Shown piece by piece: positions 10,174 through 20,663 of a stretch of DNA of 64,000 nt; the stretch's first letter is position 1; every line of letters starts with the position of its first letter. Under the pieces are notes generated by a model. That model did not search any database and had not been told where the DNA came from. It saw only the letters and a list, made by a program, of their open reading frames with translations. The stretch spans positions 1 through 64,000 of the forward strand of contig CAVYTU010000002.1 of the NCBI GenBank assembly GCA_963771465.1, read 5' to 3'. The position numbers were made by a program, and so were the translations under genes. The DNA comes from an uncultured delta proteobacterium. Its GTDB lineage: Bacteria; Desulfobacterota; Binatia; UBA9968.

Positions 10174-10479
10174 ATGTTTGACTGGCTCTTTAATAAGAAT
10201 TCTAAAAAGACGATAGTTAAAAAGGCAATTCATCAGGCAAAAAAACTTCTCCGTTCGCGGCAGGCCCCAGGGTTGGACGTGAAAGTAGATTATCTGTTTT
10301 GGTATGGCGCTGTCGAAATTGATCCTAAGCATTGTGTTGTGTGGATAATGCTACGCGGGAAAGTGGGAGAACTCGCTGATGGCGAGGTTCGCGGTTGTGG
10401 GTGGGAATGGGAAACTCCGAAGATCGGTGTTGAATCAACCGAACGCGTGAAGCGTGGCGGATTTAATTATTTCCGGTGA
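10174..10479 (+). CDS. Hypothetical protein
   Basis: 101 aa ORF starting 3 bp after the previous stop. Confidence 0.45.
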   Translation: MFDWLFNKNSKKTIVKKAIHQAKKLLRSRQAPGLDVKVDYLFWYGAVEIDPKHCVVWIMLRGKVGELADGEVRGCGWEWETPKIGVESTERVKRGGFNYFR

Positions 10480-10775
10480 CCGATGCAACGAATGTTAAAG
10501 CCGACGCCTCACTGATTATGCTTCAAACGCGATTCATTCACCGTTGCATGCCTTATTGCAGGCCGGACAACGGAGAGCACACGCAACTCGTCTACACCGA
10601 CGACACCGAAACAAGTGAAACGATTCAGCGAACAATCGCCATTCGTTTTGGCCTCAATGTTTTCCGAGCCGCCGAAGAGCCTGACGCACCGCCTGAAGTT
10701 GATGGCAGCGGCCGGAAACCATACCCCAAAGCGTGGCTTGTAACCTGGCAATCCAATCGCACAGTTCTCCCTTGA
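10476..10775 (+). CDS. Hypothetical protein
   Basis: GTGA overlap with the previous ORF. Confidence 0.3.
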   Translation: MTDATNVKADASLIMLQTRFIHRCMPYCRPDNGEHTQLVYTDDTETSETIQRTIAIRFGLNVFRAAEEPDAPPEVDGSGRKPYPKAWLVTWQSNRTVLP

Positions 10776-11100
10776 AAACGCTAAGAATTCCGCGAATCAA
10801 ATGCTGATTGAGCTCGACGGAATTCCGTGATCCTGTCGCCCAATAGGGGCGAATGAAATTCCCAAGAGTCTGCAAGATTTTCTCTTTCATAATTCAGTTT
10901 TTGCAGATGCGAATGTTAGAAATATCTAGCATTTACATTTTGGTACGGCGATTGCTTTTTTTCCCGCGTAGAAACGGGACCAGGTCCGACGCCCGTCGGC
11001 GCAGGCTCTTGCTCATGGCAGTGCAAAACCTGCTCATAGGCCTAGTCTTGCTGGGTTGGACGGTGGGTTTCATCAGGGGGTATTCGCTGAAGAACGAACA

Positions 11101-12249
11101 AGTCGAAATAACTGGAGCAATCAATTGCTTTTGCGACATTACCGAGCGCAAGGCGGCGGAGGAAACACGCGCCACACTGGCCGCCATTGTTGACTCCTCA
11201 GGCGATGCCATCATTAGCAAAAACCTCAATGGCGTCATCATTAGTTGGAACAATGCGCCGAAAGGCTGTTCGGCTATACAGCCGAGGAAACGATCGGGCG
11301 ATCGATCACCATGCTTATTCCTCCTGATCTACTCGACGAGGAACGGAGGATTTTTGAACAAGTTAAACGCGGCGAGCAAGTAGATCACATCGAAACCATC
11401 CGGGTGCGAAAAGACGGCTCACTGGTGAACATCTCGCTCACCATTTCGCCTGTAAAAGACAGCGATGGACGCATTGTCGGCGCCTCGAGAATCGCACGCG
11501 ACATTTCCAGGCGCAAGACGAACGAAAAAGCGCTGCACGCTTACGCCCAGCAATTGAGAGAAGCCGACCGGCGCAAGGACGAGTTTCTGGCGATCTTGGC
11601 GCACGAGCTGAGAAATCCCTTGACGCCTATTCGCTTCGCTGTGGAAGTTCTGAAGCACCCCAGTTTGTCGGCCAAGAATTTCCAGTTGGCGCGCCAGGTC
11701 ACCGAAAATCAGCTTAACCACATGGTACGCCTGGTCGATGATCTTTTACATCTCAGCCGCATCACCCAAGGCAAGGTCGAACTAAAAAAGGAACGAGTGA
11801 CGCTGAATTCGATCGTCGATCAAGCGCTGGAAACTTCGCGGCCGCATGTGGAAGCGGCGGGACATAAACTTTCGGTATCGTTGCCGTCACGCAATGTGGA
11901 TCTCTATGCCGATCCGGTGCGGCTCGCGCAGGTTCTGTCAAACCTGATCAACAACGCATGCAAGTACAGCGCGAACAATAGCAGCATTGCAATTAAGGCG
12001 ACCGTGGAAACAGGGGAAGTGGTCCTCTCCGTCAAAGACACTGGCATCGGCATCGCACCCGAGCATCTAGAGCGGATCTTCGAGCTGTTCTCACAGATCG
12101 GCTCGGCGTTAGAGCGCTCACAGGGCGGCCTAGGCATCGGCCTCTTTCTGGTGCGGCGCCTGGTTGAACAGCATGGAGGCCGCGTTGAAGCTCGCAGTGA
12201 AGGACTTGCCAAAGGCAGCGAGTTCATCGTGCGCTTGCCGCTTTCCTGA
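11101..12249 (+). pseudogene. PAS-domain sensor histidine kinase, 5'-truncated and frameshifted
   Basis: PAC remnant, PAS (AAIVDSSGDAII), H-box LAHELRNPL, N-box NLINNACKY, DTGIGI, GGLGIGL; no convincing start. Confidence 0.75.
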
Positions 12250-12732
12250 CAACTTGAAGCCATGATGCGTGAGTTTGGCGTTGATCGCGAACGACAACAA
12301 CAACAAGTCTTACGGCGTATTTATGACAGTGCACGGAAACTGCTTTCGGCTCAAATCGGAACGCTGAATTACCGCCACAGAAGTTTTGGTTCGGGTCATC
12401 AAGAAATTTATCCGGGACAAAGCGAACCAAGATTCCGGAATAGCTAATGTGCAACCGTGTGCGAGCCTCCTTCGAGTTCCGCGTTAAGCTCCGCTGGGAT
12501 CTCACAACGACCTGCGCAGTTTAAGCCGATTTATAACGTCTCGCCCGGGCGCAAAGACGCCGATATTTTAGCGAGATGTTACTGCGTGTTCGCCGAACTC
12601 TTTGAGCCGACGTTGGCAACGTCGCTCCGCGCAGTCATCGATGAACTTACAGCCCGTCGTCGATTGTGGAGAACGCGCTTTAATTACAAACGAGCCCTAG
12701 TGATGCCCGGTTTGAAGTAATTAGGTTCAACT

Positions 12733-13269
12733 ATGAGTGAAAAATTTTCCTTGGCGGAGGTTATCATAGTGTTGGAGGATCGAGCTGGCGTGATTGACCC
12801 GGCTGGAATGCATGCGATTCTCGAACGGCTGATCGTTTCGCCCGAAGAGCTTACGCTCCACGCGCTTTTTTCCGAGAGAAGATATGCTCGTAACTTGGTC
12901 CACAAAACGGACTGCTTCGAGATCATGATCATGGGCTGGAACTCGGGCCAGCGCTCGTCCATTCATGACCACGCCGGGGCGTTGGGCGGACTAAAAGTTC
13001 TTCACGGTGAGCTCACCGAATCGCTCTTCGAAAAAGCGCCCAATGGCATGATCAAATCGCTGAGCTCGGTGGATTATTCAATCGGTGCAATGCGGGTCGA
13101 AGAGACCCACTTGATACACCAAATCTCAAACCTGCAGCGAGAAAATCGGCAATCCATTTCCGTACATATTTACGTGCCGCCGTTGGTGCGCATGAATGTT
13201 TACTCGCTCGAAGATCCATCCGTACGGAACGTGTTGCCGCAATATTTCAGTTTTGGAGCGGGGATATAA
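12733..13269 (+). CDS. Cysteine dioxygenase family (cupin) protein
   Basis: YARNLV, WNSGQRSSIHDH, IHQISN, SVHIYVPP. Confidence 0.8.
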   Translation: MSEKFSLAEVIIVLEDRAGVIDPAGMHAILERLIVSPEELTLHALFSERRYARNLVHKTDCFEIMIMGWNSGQRSSIHDHAGALGGLKVLHGELTESLFEKAPNGMIKSLSSVDYSIGAMRVEETHLIHQISNLQRENRQSISVHIYVPPLVRMNVYSLEDPSVRNVLPQYFSFGAGI

Positions 13270-13711
13270 CTCACAGCCGAGCTTGAAAAGCTACCGGAGC
13301 GCTGGGAATTCCGCGGATATAACACTGAGTTTCTACTATTGCCGCGTCAATTTCGTCAGTACAAACCAAGGAGCTTGAGAACGGAAATCACCAAATCTCG
13401 CGCGGTAAGTTTGACCCAGTCCAGTATTGCGCCTATTTCGGCGAGCGGAAGTATTTTGAGAGCACCCAACGGCAACCCTACGATAAGAGCTATTGCGATG
13501 CCAAGCTTCCAAGTCATCGGAAGATTTCCTCAAAGACAAATCTCATCGCATTTTCATGTTACAACCACGTAACAACGGCAGGCACCTTTATAGCACTTTC
13601 TGAACTTTCCGACCAGTTAGATACCACAGGCTATCACACAGGGGGTTTGATGAAAGCGATCCGCCTCAGCGCCGAAGTGGTTTTACGCATATTTAAAGGA
13701 GTAAATGCATT

Positions 13712-14044
13712 TTGAAACCTGATGAAATTTCCTTAGCTACCGAGGATAAGGAGTTATATAAAGAATTGTGCTCCCTGAAACTTAACGGCGTAAAAGTATA
13801 CCCGGAGGTAAAAAAGTCTCCAGACCTTAAAACCGTAAGGAATGTGATTATTGCTATCTCAAATAACGCGGCTATCATCGTCCTTGCCGGGTGGCTTGTT
13901 GAAAATTTCCGCCAACGTAAAACCAAGAAAGGCACCATAAATGGTCATCGAATACCGGAAGAGAAGGGTGAAATAATCATTCTGATCAAAAACCAATTGA
14001 AGGCAAACACACCCGCACCCAAAGAAAAAAAGAAGAATCCATAG
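13712..14044 (+). CDS. Hypothetical protein
   Basis: AT-rich 110 aa ORF, AAGGAG upstream, start uncertain. Confidence 0.5.
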   Translation: MKPDEISLATEDKELYKELCSLKLNGVKVYPEVKKSPDLKTVRNVIIAISNNAAIIVLAGWLVENFRQRKTKKGTINGHRIPEEKGEIIILIKNQLKANTPAPKEKKKNP

Positions 14045-14352
14045 TTCTATATTTTCAGAAATGTTATTCATCCATGGCTGGTTAAACGATATCGGCGTGA
14101 ACCTATCATGGGACCGGCGCAACGAACGTGAAAGGATCAACTTCGTGAATCGCTGCAGTCGCGACGCGCGGAATTCAACAAGCGTGCATTCCTCTGCTGG
14201 TGGATAAGATGAACGATCTCGCCGTAAACTTCCGTGAGAACAAGGCCGAGATCGGTCACTTGCGGTGGCAAGTAGATGTAGTGCGGCGACCGATTCGGCT
14301 GTAATGCAAGATTATGGCGCGGAGCGCGCCTGTGCAGCCAAGCCAGTTAGAG

Positions 14353-15431
14353 TCATACGAGTTCGGTGATTAAAAAGCAGGGCTTGGATCTCTCTAAACC
14401 TACATACTTTTCACCTTCTCCCCGCACCAGCCTGTGCGAAAAACACAGACTGGTAGTAAGGTCATCGAGGGTTTGGTTGCAAACGATGTCGGCCAGGATG
14501 TATTTGGGATTCCCGGTCTTATCAATAAATTTAGGTCTGATTTTGGCGAAATCTGAGATTCCCGTCGGATTAGTCGGATCACAATTGCCACCACCACCGA
14601 TCACCGGAACGATCCACCAGGTGTTAGGCCATCCATTCGCTGAAAAAAAGTCCTCAGCTTTCTGCATAACTGTGTTCACTTGCCCTTTATTTTGGCAAAT
14701 TTGAGACCCTAGTGCGAGCGTCCCATTTATTGTATTGCCCGAGCAGGTTCCGGCGGTCTCGAAACCTGCCTTGATATCGGGTGCTCCCGATGAACAATCG
14801 AAAAAGGTCGTCCAGCAAGCATTCTCGCCAGCTGGGTTCTCGCCATCATTAGTCGGGTGTTGCATCTGTATCTTTACGTTGTCCACCTGAGTGCCGGGAA
14901 CAACTGGGCAAATCCCTGACCATAACGCAATCGGGATCGCCGGTTTCGCTTGTATTGTTGCAACCGCACTAACGTTAACATCCTTAGTCCCCGCAGTAAT
15001 GATGCCCAGTAAATTCAGCAGCGGTGTTAAAAACATGGGGGTGGTTATTGCACTGTTATTGGTGGCTGTCTCCAGCGCTACTCGCACGCCGTTGGCCGTG
15101 TTGATGTTTGCGGCATAATTAGTGATCGTATTAGTGGCATAATCGTATTGAACATAGCTGACATTAGCGGCTGTAATCGGATTGGTTTGAATTTCGACGT
15201 AGTTATTTGTCGAATTGAAACCCATTGCTCGGTTTTCAACCTGCGCAGCGACGCGAGAAGGCAACCCCGACACTGCGGCTAGCGCAGCAGCATCCACCGC
15301 GGCTTGACCTTGGTTTCGGACATACGTCAGCTGACCCGTGTCCAAACCGAGTCCGACCATTATCAAGAGAACGACAATCATTAGTGTCGCGAATACTAGA
15401 ACTGACCCCCGTCGGAATTTATCGTTCGCAT
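14353..15431 (-). CDS. TadE/TadG-like Flp pilus assembly protein (frameshifts near the ends)
   Basis: RGSVLVFATLMIVVLLIMVGLGLDTG...QAAVDAAALAA; Cys-rich C-terminal part; ATG 15431 with GGAG. Confidence 0.75.
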
Positions 15432-16018
15432 ATAGTCTCCTTTGTCCCTACCAATGCGTGCCGGTGGCCCTGTGAGTTTATGGCCGTGCTTTAGTAAAAA
15501 GGCGATTGAGTGTCAAGAGGCGGTATTTCGTGGTGTAAATTGACGCATTATTTCACTCAACGAGCCTACGGAGAACGTCAGATAGGCGCCACCAACCGAA
15601 CGCGAGACTTACGAAACCCCAACGGCGTGACCCCATCAGGATCACATTCCGGTCACCCGGGTTCAGAATAGTTGGCTGATCGAAATTCGCTCAGTCAAAG
15701 CACATCAAACGATAACTGAACGTGAGCGAGATTTTGAGAATGGAATTTTTACGACAAGTGTCGGGAGAATAGGCTTGCCTCTAGGTCACGGGCATTTGTT
15801 TAAAGCCGCATACGTGATCGGTATGGTCACATGGATAGTTGTTTTTGCAAACCACGTTGGATGGCTACGTATTAGCATATTTCCGTAGTGAAACCTTATC
15901 CTTAATCCGATAAGGTCCGGCGCCAGGGCGGGCCCTTCAACGCGAAGATTGCCAGCGTATCTGAATAGTCGGTGTAGTGGTCAGCGATCTCGTTCTAATC
16001 AGGCGCTAATCTAAATGC

Positions 16019-16531
16019 TTAATATGATTTGTCGCCGCGGCTATCGTCCCTTTTTGTGATTGTAACGGCGCGAAGCCCTTGATCTCCGCTTTCCTCCGCA
16101 TTCACAATCAACGCAGTGAGCGTCGCGATATTCGCCGTGCTCTGACCCTCTAGCAATCTCCGCTGCTGAAAGACTCGATCGACCAACGCGATTGTCGGGA
16201 TCATTTGGCTATCCCCCTTGTCTATTAGCTCGTGCAGCCGATGCCGGCCTTTGGCGCCGAGTAAATAGAGATCGCTTAGCTCTTTCTCTTTGATCTTTTC
16301 GACCATCTCACTGAGTGCCGGGTCGTTGTAAACGTCGCTCTTCAGATACTTGGCCACAGTGTTATGGCTCCGGTCCATCCGAGCGGCGATAGACGTTGGA
16401 CTCTCGCCGAGTTCGTTCATGGCCTTCATTCGCGCCAATTCTTTTTTGCTAGGTTTTTTGCCGGGCACAGGTGATTCGTCCTTTTTGCTTGAAATGGGAA
16501 TCGGAAGGGGGCTGCGCCCCTCATCGCTCAT
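16019..16531 (-). CDS. Phage-like HTH protein, possible terminase small subunit
   Basis: GESPTSIAARMDRSHNTVAKYL HTH; C-terminal DRVFQQRRLLEGQSTANI; next to the att site. Confidence 0.55.
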   Translation of the reverse strand: MSDEGRSPLPIPISSKKDESPVPGKKPSKKELARMKAMNELGESPTSIAARMDRSHNTVAKYLKSDVYNDPALSEMVEKIKEKELSDLYLLGAKGRHRLHELIDKGDSQMIPTIALVDRVFQQRRLLEGQSTANIATLTALIVNAEESGDQGLRAVTITKRDDSRGDKSY

Positions 16532-16710
16532 CGGTTTCCCCCCGCCCGCCTCGATTTTACTGAACCGAAACCGTTCCGGTTTTTGCGGGAATTGATGGGT
16601 CTTAAGTGGGACGTTCCGGGATACGACCGTTCACCCTTGCGCCTTCTTTAGTTTTGAAATATCAATCACTTCAAACTCTTCGGCGTCATCGGGATTTTTA
16701 GTTGATTCAA

Positions 16711-16734
16711 GTTCGATTCCCGTTGGGACCACCA
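16711..16734 (+). mobile_element. att site: 3' fragment of a tRNA (probably tRNA-Glu)
   Basis: GTTCGATTCCCGTTGGGACCACCA = T-loop, acceptor strand and CCA with no 5' half; composition changes here. Confidence 0.75.
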
Positions 16735-16789
16735 CTTCGATCTCCGCACGCTCACGCATCGGTGATCGCGATCACAAGTTAAGTTCCGC

Positions 16790-18019
16790 ATGCTCTTCGC
16801 GAACACCTTCCGCGCTTTTCGCCACCGCGATTATTTCATCTACTGGCTCGGCCTCATGCTCGGCCACACCGGCACGCTGATTCAGACCACCGCGCAAAGC
16901 TGGTTGATCTTTCAGCTCACCGACTCGCCCTTCTATCTGGGACTGGAAGGCTTGTGTCTCGGTTTGCCGCGGGTGCTGTTTTCCGCATTCGGCGGCGCCG
17001 TGGTTGACCGCAGCGATCGCAAAACGATTTTCGTCATCACCCAGAGCGCGTTTTTTCTAATGGCGCTCTTTCTCGGTGTCATGCAGCACTTGGAGTTGAT
17101 TCGCGTCTGGCATTTGTTGCTGGTTTCTGCGCTTACCGGCTTATTGGTTTCCTTCGAGCAACCGGTGCGCCAGTCGATACTGCATCACTTGGTGCCGCGC
17201 GAGGATTTGCCCAACGCCGTTACCCTTTATCAAATGGTTTTCAATGGCTCGATGCTGTTCGGCCCGTCGATCGGCGGATTGCTGATACCCTGGATCGATA
17301 CCAAAGGCTGCTTCTTTGTCGCGACCATCGGCAACCTGCTTGTGCTGGCGACGATTTTTGTAATTCACATCGCGCGCACCGAACGGTCGCCGAGCCAAAC
17401 ATCGCTCACCCGAGATATGCTCGAAGGCTTCATCCTCGCCTGGCGCACGCCGATCTTTCTCGCGCTGTTGACCGCGCTAGCGATCGTCAGCTTTTGCACC
17501 AAGCCTTACACTCAGTTCATGCCGGTATTCGCCCGCGATATTCTCCACGTCGGCGCGCCCGGCCTCGGCGTTTTGCTCATGGCACCGGGCGCGGGAGCCA
17601 TCCTCGGCGGACTCACTCTCGCGTCAGTCCGCCGCTTTCCTAAACCGCACCACTTGCTGTTTTCACTCGCCGCCGGCTTCGGCACGGCGATTTTTCTTTT
17701 TGCCAATTCAAAAAATTTCGTGCTCTCATTAGCTTTTCTCTTTATCGCCGGCGCCTTTCAGACCACGTTTCTTTCCTCCGTCGCCATGCTCCTGCAAACA
17801 CACACGACGGAATCCAACCGCGGCCGGATCATGTCAATGTTCGGTTTGATCAATCGCGGTTTGGGCCCGATGGGAAGTTTTCCGTTCGGTCTGGTCGCCA
17901 CCTGGTTCGGCGCGCCGTGGGCAGTGGCGATCTGCGGCATGTTAACCGTCAGCTTGGTCCCCTCAGTCGTGCTTGGTAAAGCCCAACTGCGTCAAGCCAA
18001 ACCGGTTGGCGAGGCGTGA
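16790..18019 (+). CDS. MFS transporter (MFS_3-like)
   Basis: TFRAFRHRDY, GGAVVDRSDRK, RGRIMSMF; many TM segments. Confidence 0.9.
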   Translation: MLFANTFRAFRHRDYFIYWLGLMLGHTGTLIQTTAQSWLIFQLTDSPFYLGLEGLCLGLPRVLFSAFGGAVVDRSDRKTIFVITQSAFFLMALFLGVMQHLELIRVWHLLLVSALTGLLVSFEQPVRQSILHHLVPREDLPNAVTLYQMVFNGSMLFGPSIGGLLIPWIDTKGCFFVATIGNLLVLATIFVIHIARTERSPSQTSLTRDMLEGFILAWRTPIFLALLTALAIVSFCTKPYTQFMPVFARDILHVGAPGLGVLLMAPGAGAILGGLTLASVRRFPKPHHLLFSLAAGFGTAIFLFANSKNFVLSLAFLFIAGAFQTTFLSSVAMLLQTHTTESNRGRIMSMFGLINRGLGPMGSFPFGLVATWFGAPWAVAICGMLTVSLVPSVVLGKAQLRQAKPVGEA

Positions 18020-18305
18020 TATTGAAATGCGACAATCGCAAATCCAAGATCGAAAGTCTCGAATTGTCTTCCGCAAAGACGCAAATGCGCAAAGATTAGA
18101 AATGAATGATTTCGAACTTGGCGTCTTGGCGCGAGTAATTCCGGCAGCACGTTGTAATCAGCATCGAACTTGCACCGAATCCATACCTCTCCGAGGAGGC
18201 GTGTTTCGTGCTTGACGCTCTCCACCACCTGGCTTAGAAGTCAGCTCAACCGCAGGACGGTCCATCGACTACAATTCGAATCGATCGCTCACGTCTTTAA
18301 ATCAT

Positions 18306-18662
18306 CCCGCGACGGACATCGCCATTTAGGTTTATTAACTTTGCGCCATGGACAGGGCATTCACGGGCGAGTGGCCAAGACCGGTGCGCGCTTGCCGATG
18401 CCGCATCGCCTGCTATTTTGTCATGCCGCGGGTTTTGGATTGTCCATCGCTCCTTTCGCCGGATCACGCCATTAGTTTCCGTCGCTATTGTGTTTGTTTA
18501 TCGCCGGCGGATTCCAGACCAGTTTCCTTTCCGTAATTGTAACCCTGCTGCAAATTCACTGCGATGAAACCAATCGAGGCCGCATCATGTCGCGCTTCCG
18601 GCTTGATCAATCGCGGGCTCGGGCCGATGGGTAGTTTTCCCTTCGCCCTGATCGCTACGGGC
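18306..18662 (+). pseudogene. Degenerate copy of the 3' part of an MFS gene
   Basis: Aligns to about 17530-17900 (NRGRIMS...LINRGLGPMGSFPF) with stops and indels. Confidence 0.75.
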
Positions 18663-18733
18663 ATGACCCCATTTACGACTCCATTTATGACCCCATTTAT
18701 GACCCCATTTATAACCCATTGATAACCCTATGA
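18663..18733. repeat. Tandem 12-bp repeat ATGACCCCATTT, about 6 decaying copies
   Basis: atgaccccattt acgactccattt atgaccccattt atgaccccattt ataacccatt gataacccta. Confidence 0.85.
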
Positions 18734-18879
18734 ATGACACTTAGTAAAATGACTCCGCAAGCAATGCGGTCTCCGAAGTCCCCGAGGGATACGTGATGTT
18801 GTCGTCGGAACCTGCATGGAGACGATCGCCTTTCCGTCCGCGTCAAGGACAGAGAGCTTTTCCGCATCCGCTCAGGGCC

Positions 18880-19176
18880 TCAGATTTTACCCGTAGATTT
18901 AAAGTGGTCTATGCGGCTCTTGATGATCTCATGCAAATCTTGTGTACGTAACTCTTCAGCGACGGCCAGAGGTTCGGCACCCAGCCGGGAAAGCTGGTTG
19001 TTGATCAGGCGAAGAGTGGAGTGTAGACGCTTATACTCTTTTAACGACTTGTGACAATCCATCAACCTGAGATCGATTCCTTCCATGCATTGACTGATTT
19101 TCCGAGCTTCGCCTTCTTGAAGGGCGCGCACAAGGTGCTCGAATGGCTGCTCTGGCTTCTTGACCTCCTGCGACAT
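18880..19176 (-). CDS. Coiled-coil hypothetical protein, paralog of 23822-24379
   Basis: Shared C..ID..L..C...L.EY.R....L...N..L..LGAE...DL......RI......GKI. Confidence 0.75.
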   Translation of the reverse strand: MSQEVKKPEQPFEHLVRALQEGEARKISQCMEGIDLRLMDCHKSLKEYKRLHSTLRLINNQLSRLGAEPLAVAEELRTQDLHEIIKSRIDHFKSTGKI

Positions 19177-19298
19177 TTCAATCCTTCCTTTCTGTGTCTT
19201 TTGACCCGGTTTGATTTTAATTCGTCATGATGCACGTGCTGTCAATTAACCTTTCCAAAATCGGCGTAGTAGCTTCTAAAAGAAATAACCTCCTTTCA

Positions 19299-20636
19299 TT
19301 AAGTCGGAAGAATGATCTTCTGTCCGACGTATATATAATCGGGGTGTTTCATTGTCGACTTATTCGCTTGATAAATCTTTTCCCATTTGAGCAAGGTTCC
19401 ATAGTATTTACGCGCGATGAAGCTTAACGTATCGCCGGCCTCCACCGTGTATTCGCGCGTTCCATCGACAAAACTGAGGGTGGCAACTGATTTTACCGTT
19501 CCTGTGATCGGTTTGGTTTTTTCAGTCGCGGGCGCAGAATTATCTCTAATATTAGCCGGCGCGGGCGTGGAGCGTGGCTCTTCACGGCGCGCCACGGCTA
19601 CCGTGGTTTTATAGAGACGGTCAATAAATCCAGAGCCATCCAACTCTTTGATAAAGGTCAGGTCCACGAACTCCTCAGGCCGGACGGCCGTGATCTTGGG
19701 ATTGGTTGCGGTCAGCTCCCGGAGCATGATTCCGATTCCGCGCAAAGTGGGATACGGTTTCTCGGCTGTCAGCCTAAGCCCGACATCCTCGTAAACTTCC
19801 GACAACACGTCAGTGTCGGACGTTCTCAGATACTTCGTCAGAATGGCCAAGGACTCGGCACGATGGGTTTTGTAATAATGAATACCTTCTACATAAGCTT
19901 TCATCACACTGCGTACCAAGTCAGGCCGGGACCTGATGAATGCCTGAGTGGTCGCCAAACCCGTGTGCTGATACTCGAGTCCGAGCATTTGAAGATCGGC
20001 CATTAGCGGGAGACCCATGTTTTTTGCTGTCAGCGTAAACGGCGGCGACAACATCGCCCCTTGGATCTTTCCGGTTTCGAGCGAGGCGAGGATCGCAGGC
20101 ATGTTGCCGGCCTGCAGGATCGCGACGTCTTTCTCGGGCGCAAGACCATATCTCTCAAGGGCATAACGCAAGGCGAAGTCGGTGGAGGAACCAAAACGGG
20201 TAACGGCTACGGTTTTTCCTTTTAGCTGGTCTGGTTGTTTGATGTTTTTATCGACGTACAATTTAAAGTTCAGGGTATTGATCACTCCCGCGATCATGAC
20301 GACGTCCGTCCCCCGAAGACGACTTTGAATCACCGCCGCGCCTGCCATCTGAGCGAAGTAGACGTCTTTAGAAATCAGGCTTTGCACAGTTGTGGTTCCA
20401 CTCTCTATAAAAACAAGCTGCACATCGAGGCCGTTTTTACGGAAGAACCCGCGCTCATGGGTGATCCACAAGGGCGCCATATTCCCTGAAAGGGAGCTAT
20501 ACGCGATGGTGACTTTTTCCAACGCACGCTCTGGCGCGCTCTCTGCCGCGATAACACCAGCGGGCAAGAGGGATGTCAAAATGAGAACTAGAATCGGCAA
20601 CAATCCACTGTTGCTCGGTTTGGATAGGTTGTACAT
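19299..20636 (-). CDS. NMT1/SsuA-type substrate-binding protein fused to C-terminal LysM
   Basis: PLWITHERGFFRKNGLDV, LKGKTVAVTRFGSSTD; Pro/Thr linker; YTVEAGDTLSFIARKYYG...IYQAN...IYVGQKIILP. Confidence 0.9.
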   Translation of the reverse strand: MYNLSKPSNSGLLPILVLILTSLLPAGVIAAESAPERALEKVTIAYSSLSGNMAPLWITHERGFFRKNGLDVQLVFIESGTTTVQSLISKDVYFAQMAGAAVIQSRLRGTDVVMIAGVINTLNFKLYVDKNIKQPDQLKGKTVAVTRFGSSTDFALRYALERYGLAPEKDVAILQAGNMPAILASLETGKIQGAMLSPPFTLTAKNMGLPLMADLQMLGLEYQHTGLATTQAFIRSRPDLVRSVMKAYVEGIHYYKTHRAESLAILTKYLRTSDTDVLSEVYEDVGLRLTAEKPYPTLRGIGIMLRELTATNPKITAVRPEEFVDLTFIKELDGSGFIDRLYKTTVAVARREEPRSTPAPANIRDNSAPATEKTKPITGTVKSVATLSFVDGTREYTVEAGDTLSFIARKYYGTLLKWEKIYQANKSTMKHPDYIYVGQKIILPT

Positions 20637-20663
20637 TTCCTTTCTCCTTCGTAAATCAATGAC

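Noticed and set aside
15620-15645. Second degenerate tRNA-like att site (gtgaccccatcagga)
   Set aside because: No TTCGA T-loop or CCA; too short to support
16660-16734. Complete tRNA gene
   Set aside because: Only the 3' 24 nt match; no D-arm or anticodon arm upstream
17530-18662. MFS gene and its downstream copy as a DGR variable/template repeat pair
   Set aside because: Differences affect all bases and include indels, not adenine-specific; no reverse transcriptase in the window
18663-18733. Repeat array as CRISPR
   Set aside because: 12-bp head-to-tail units with no spacers and no cas genes
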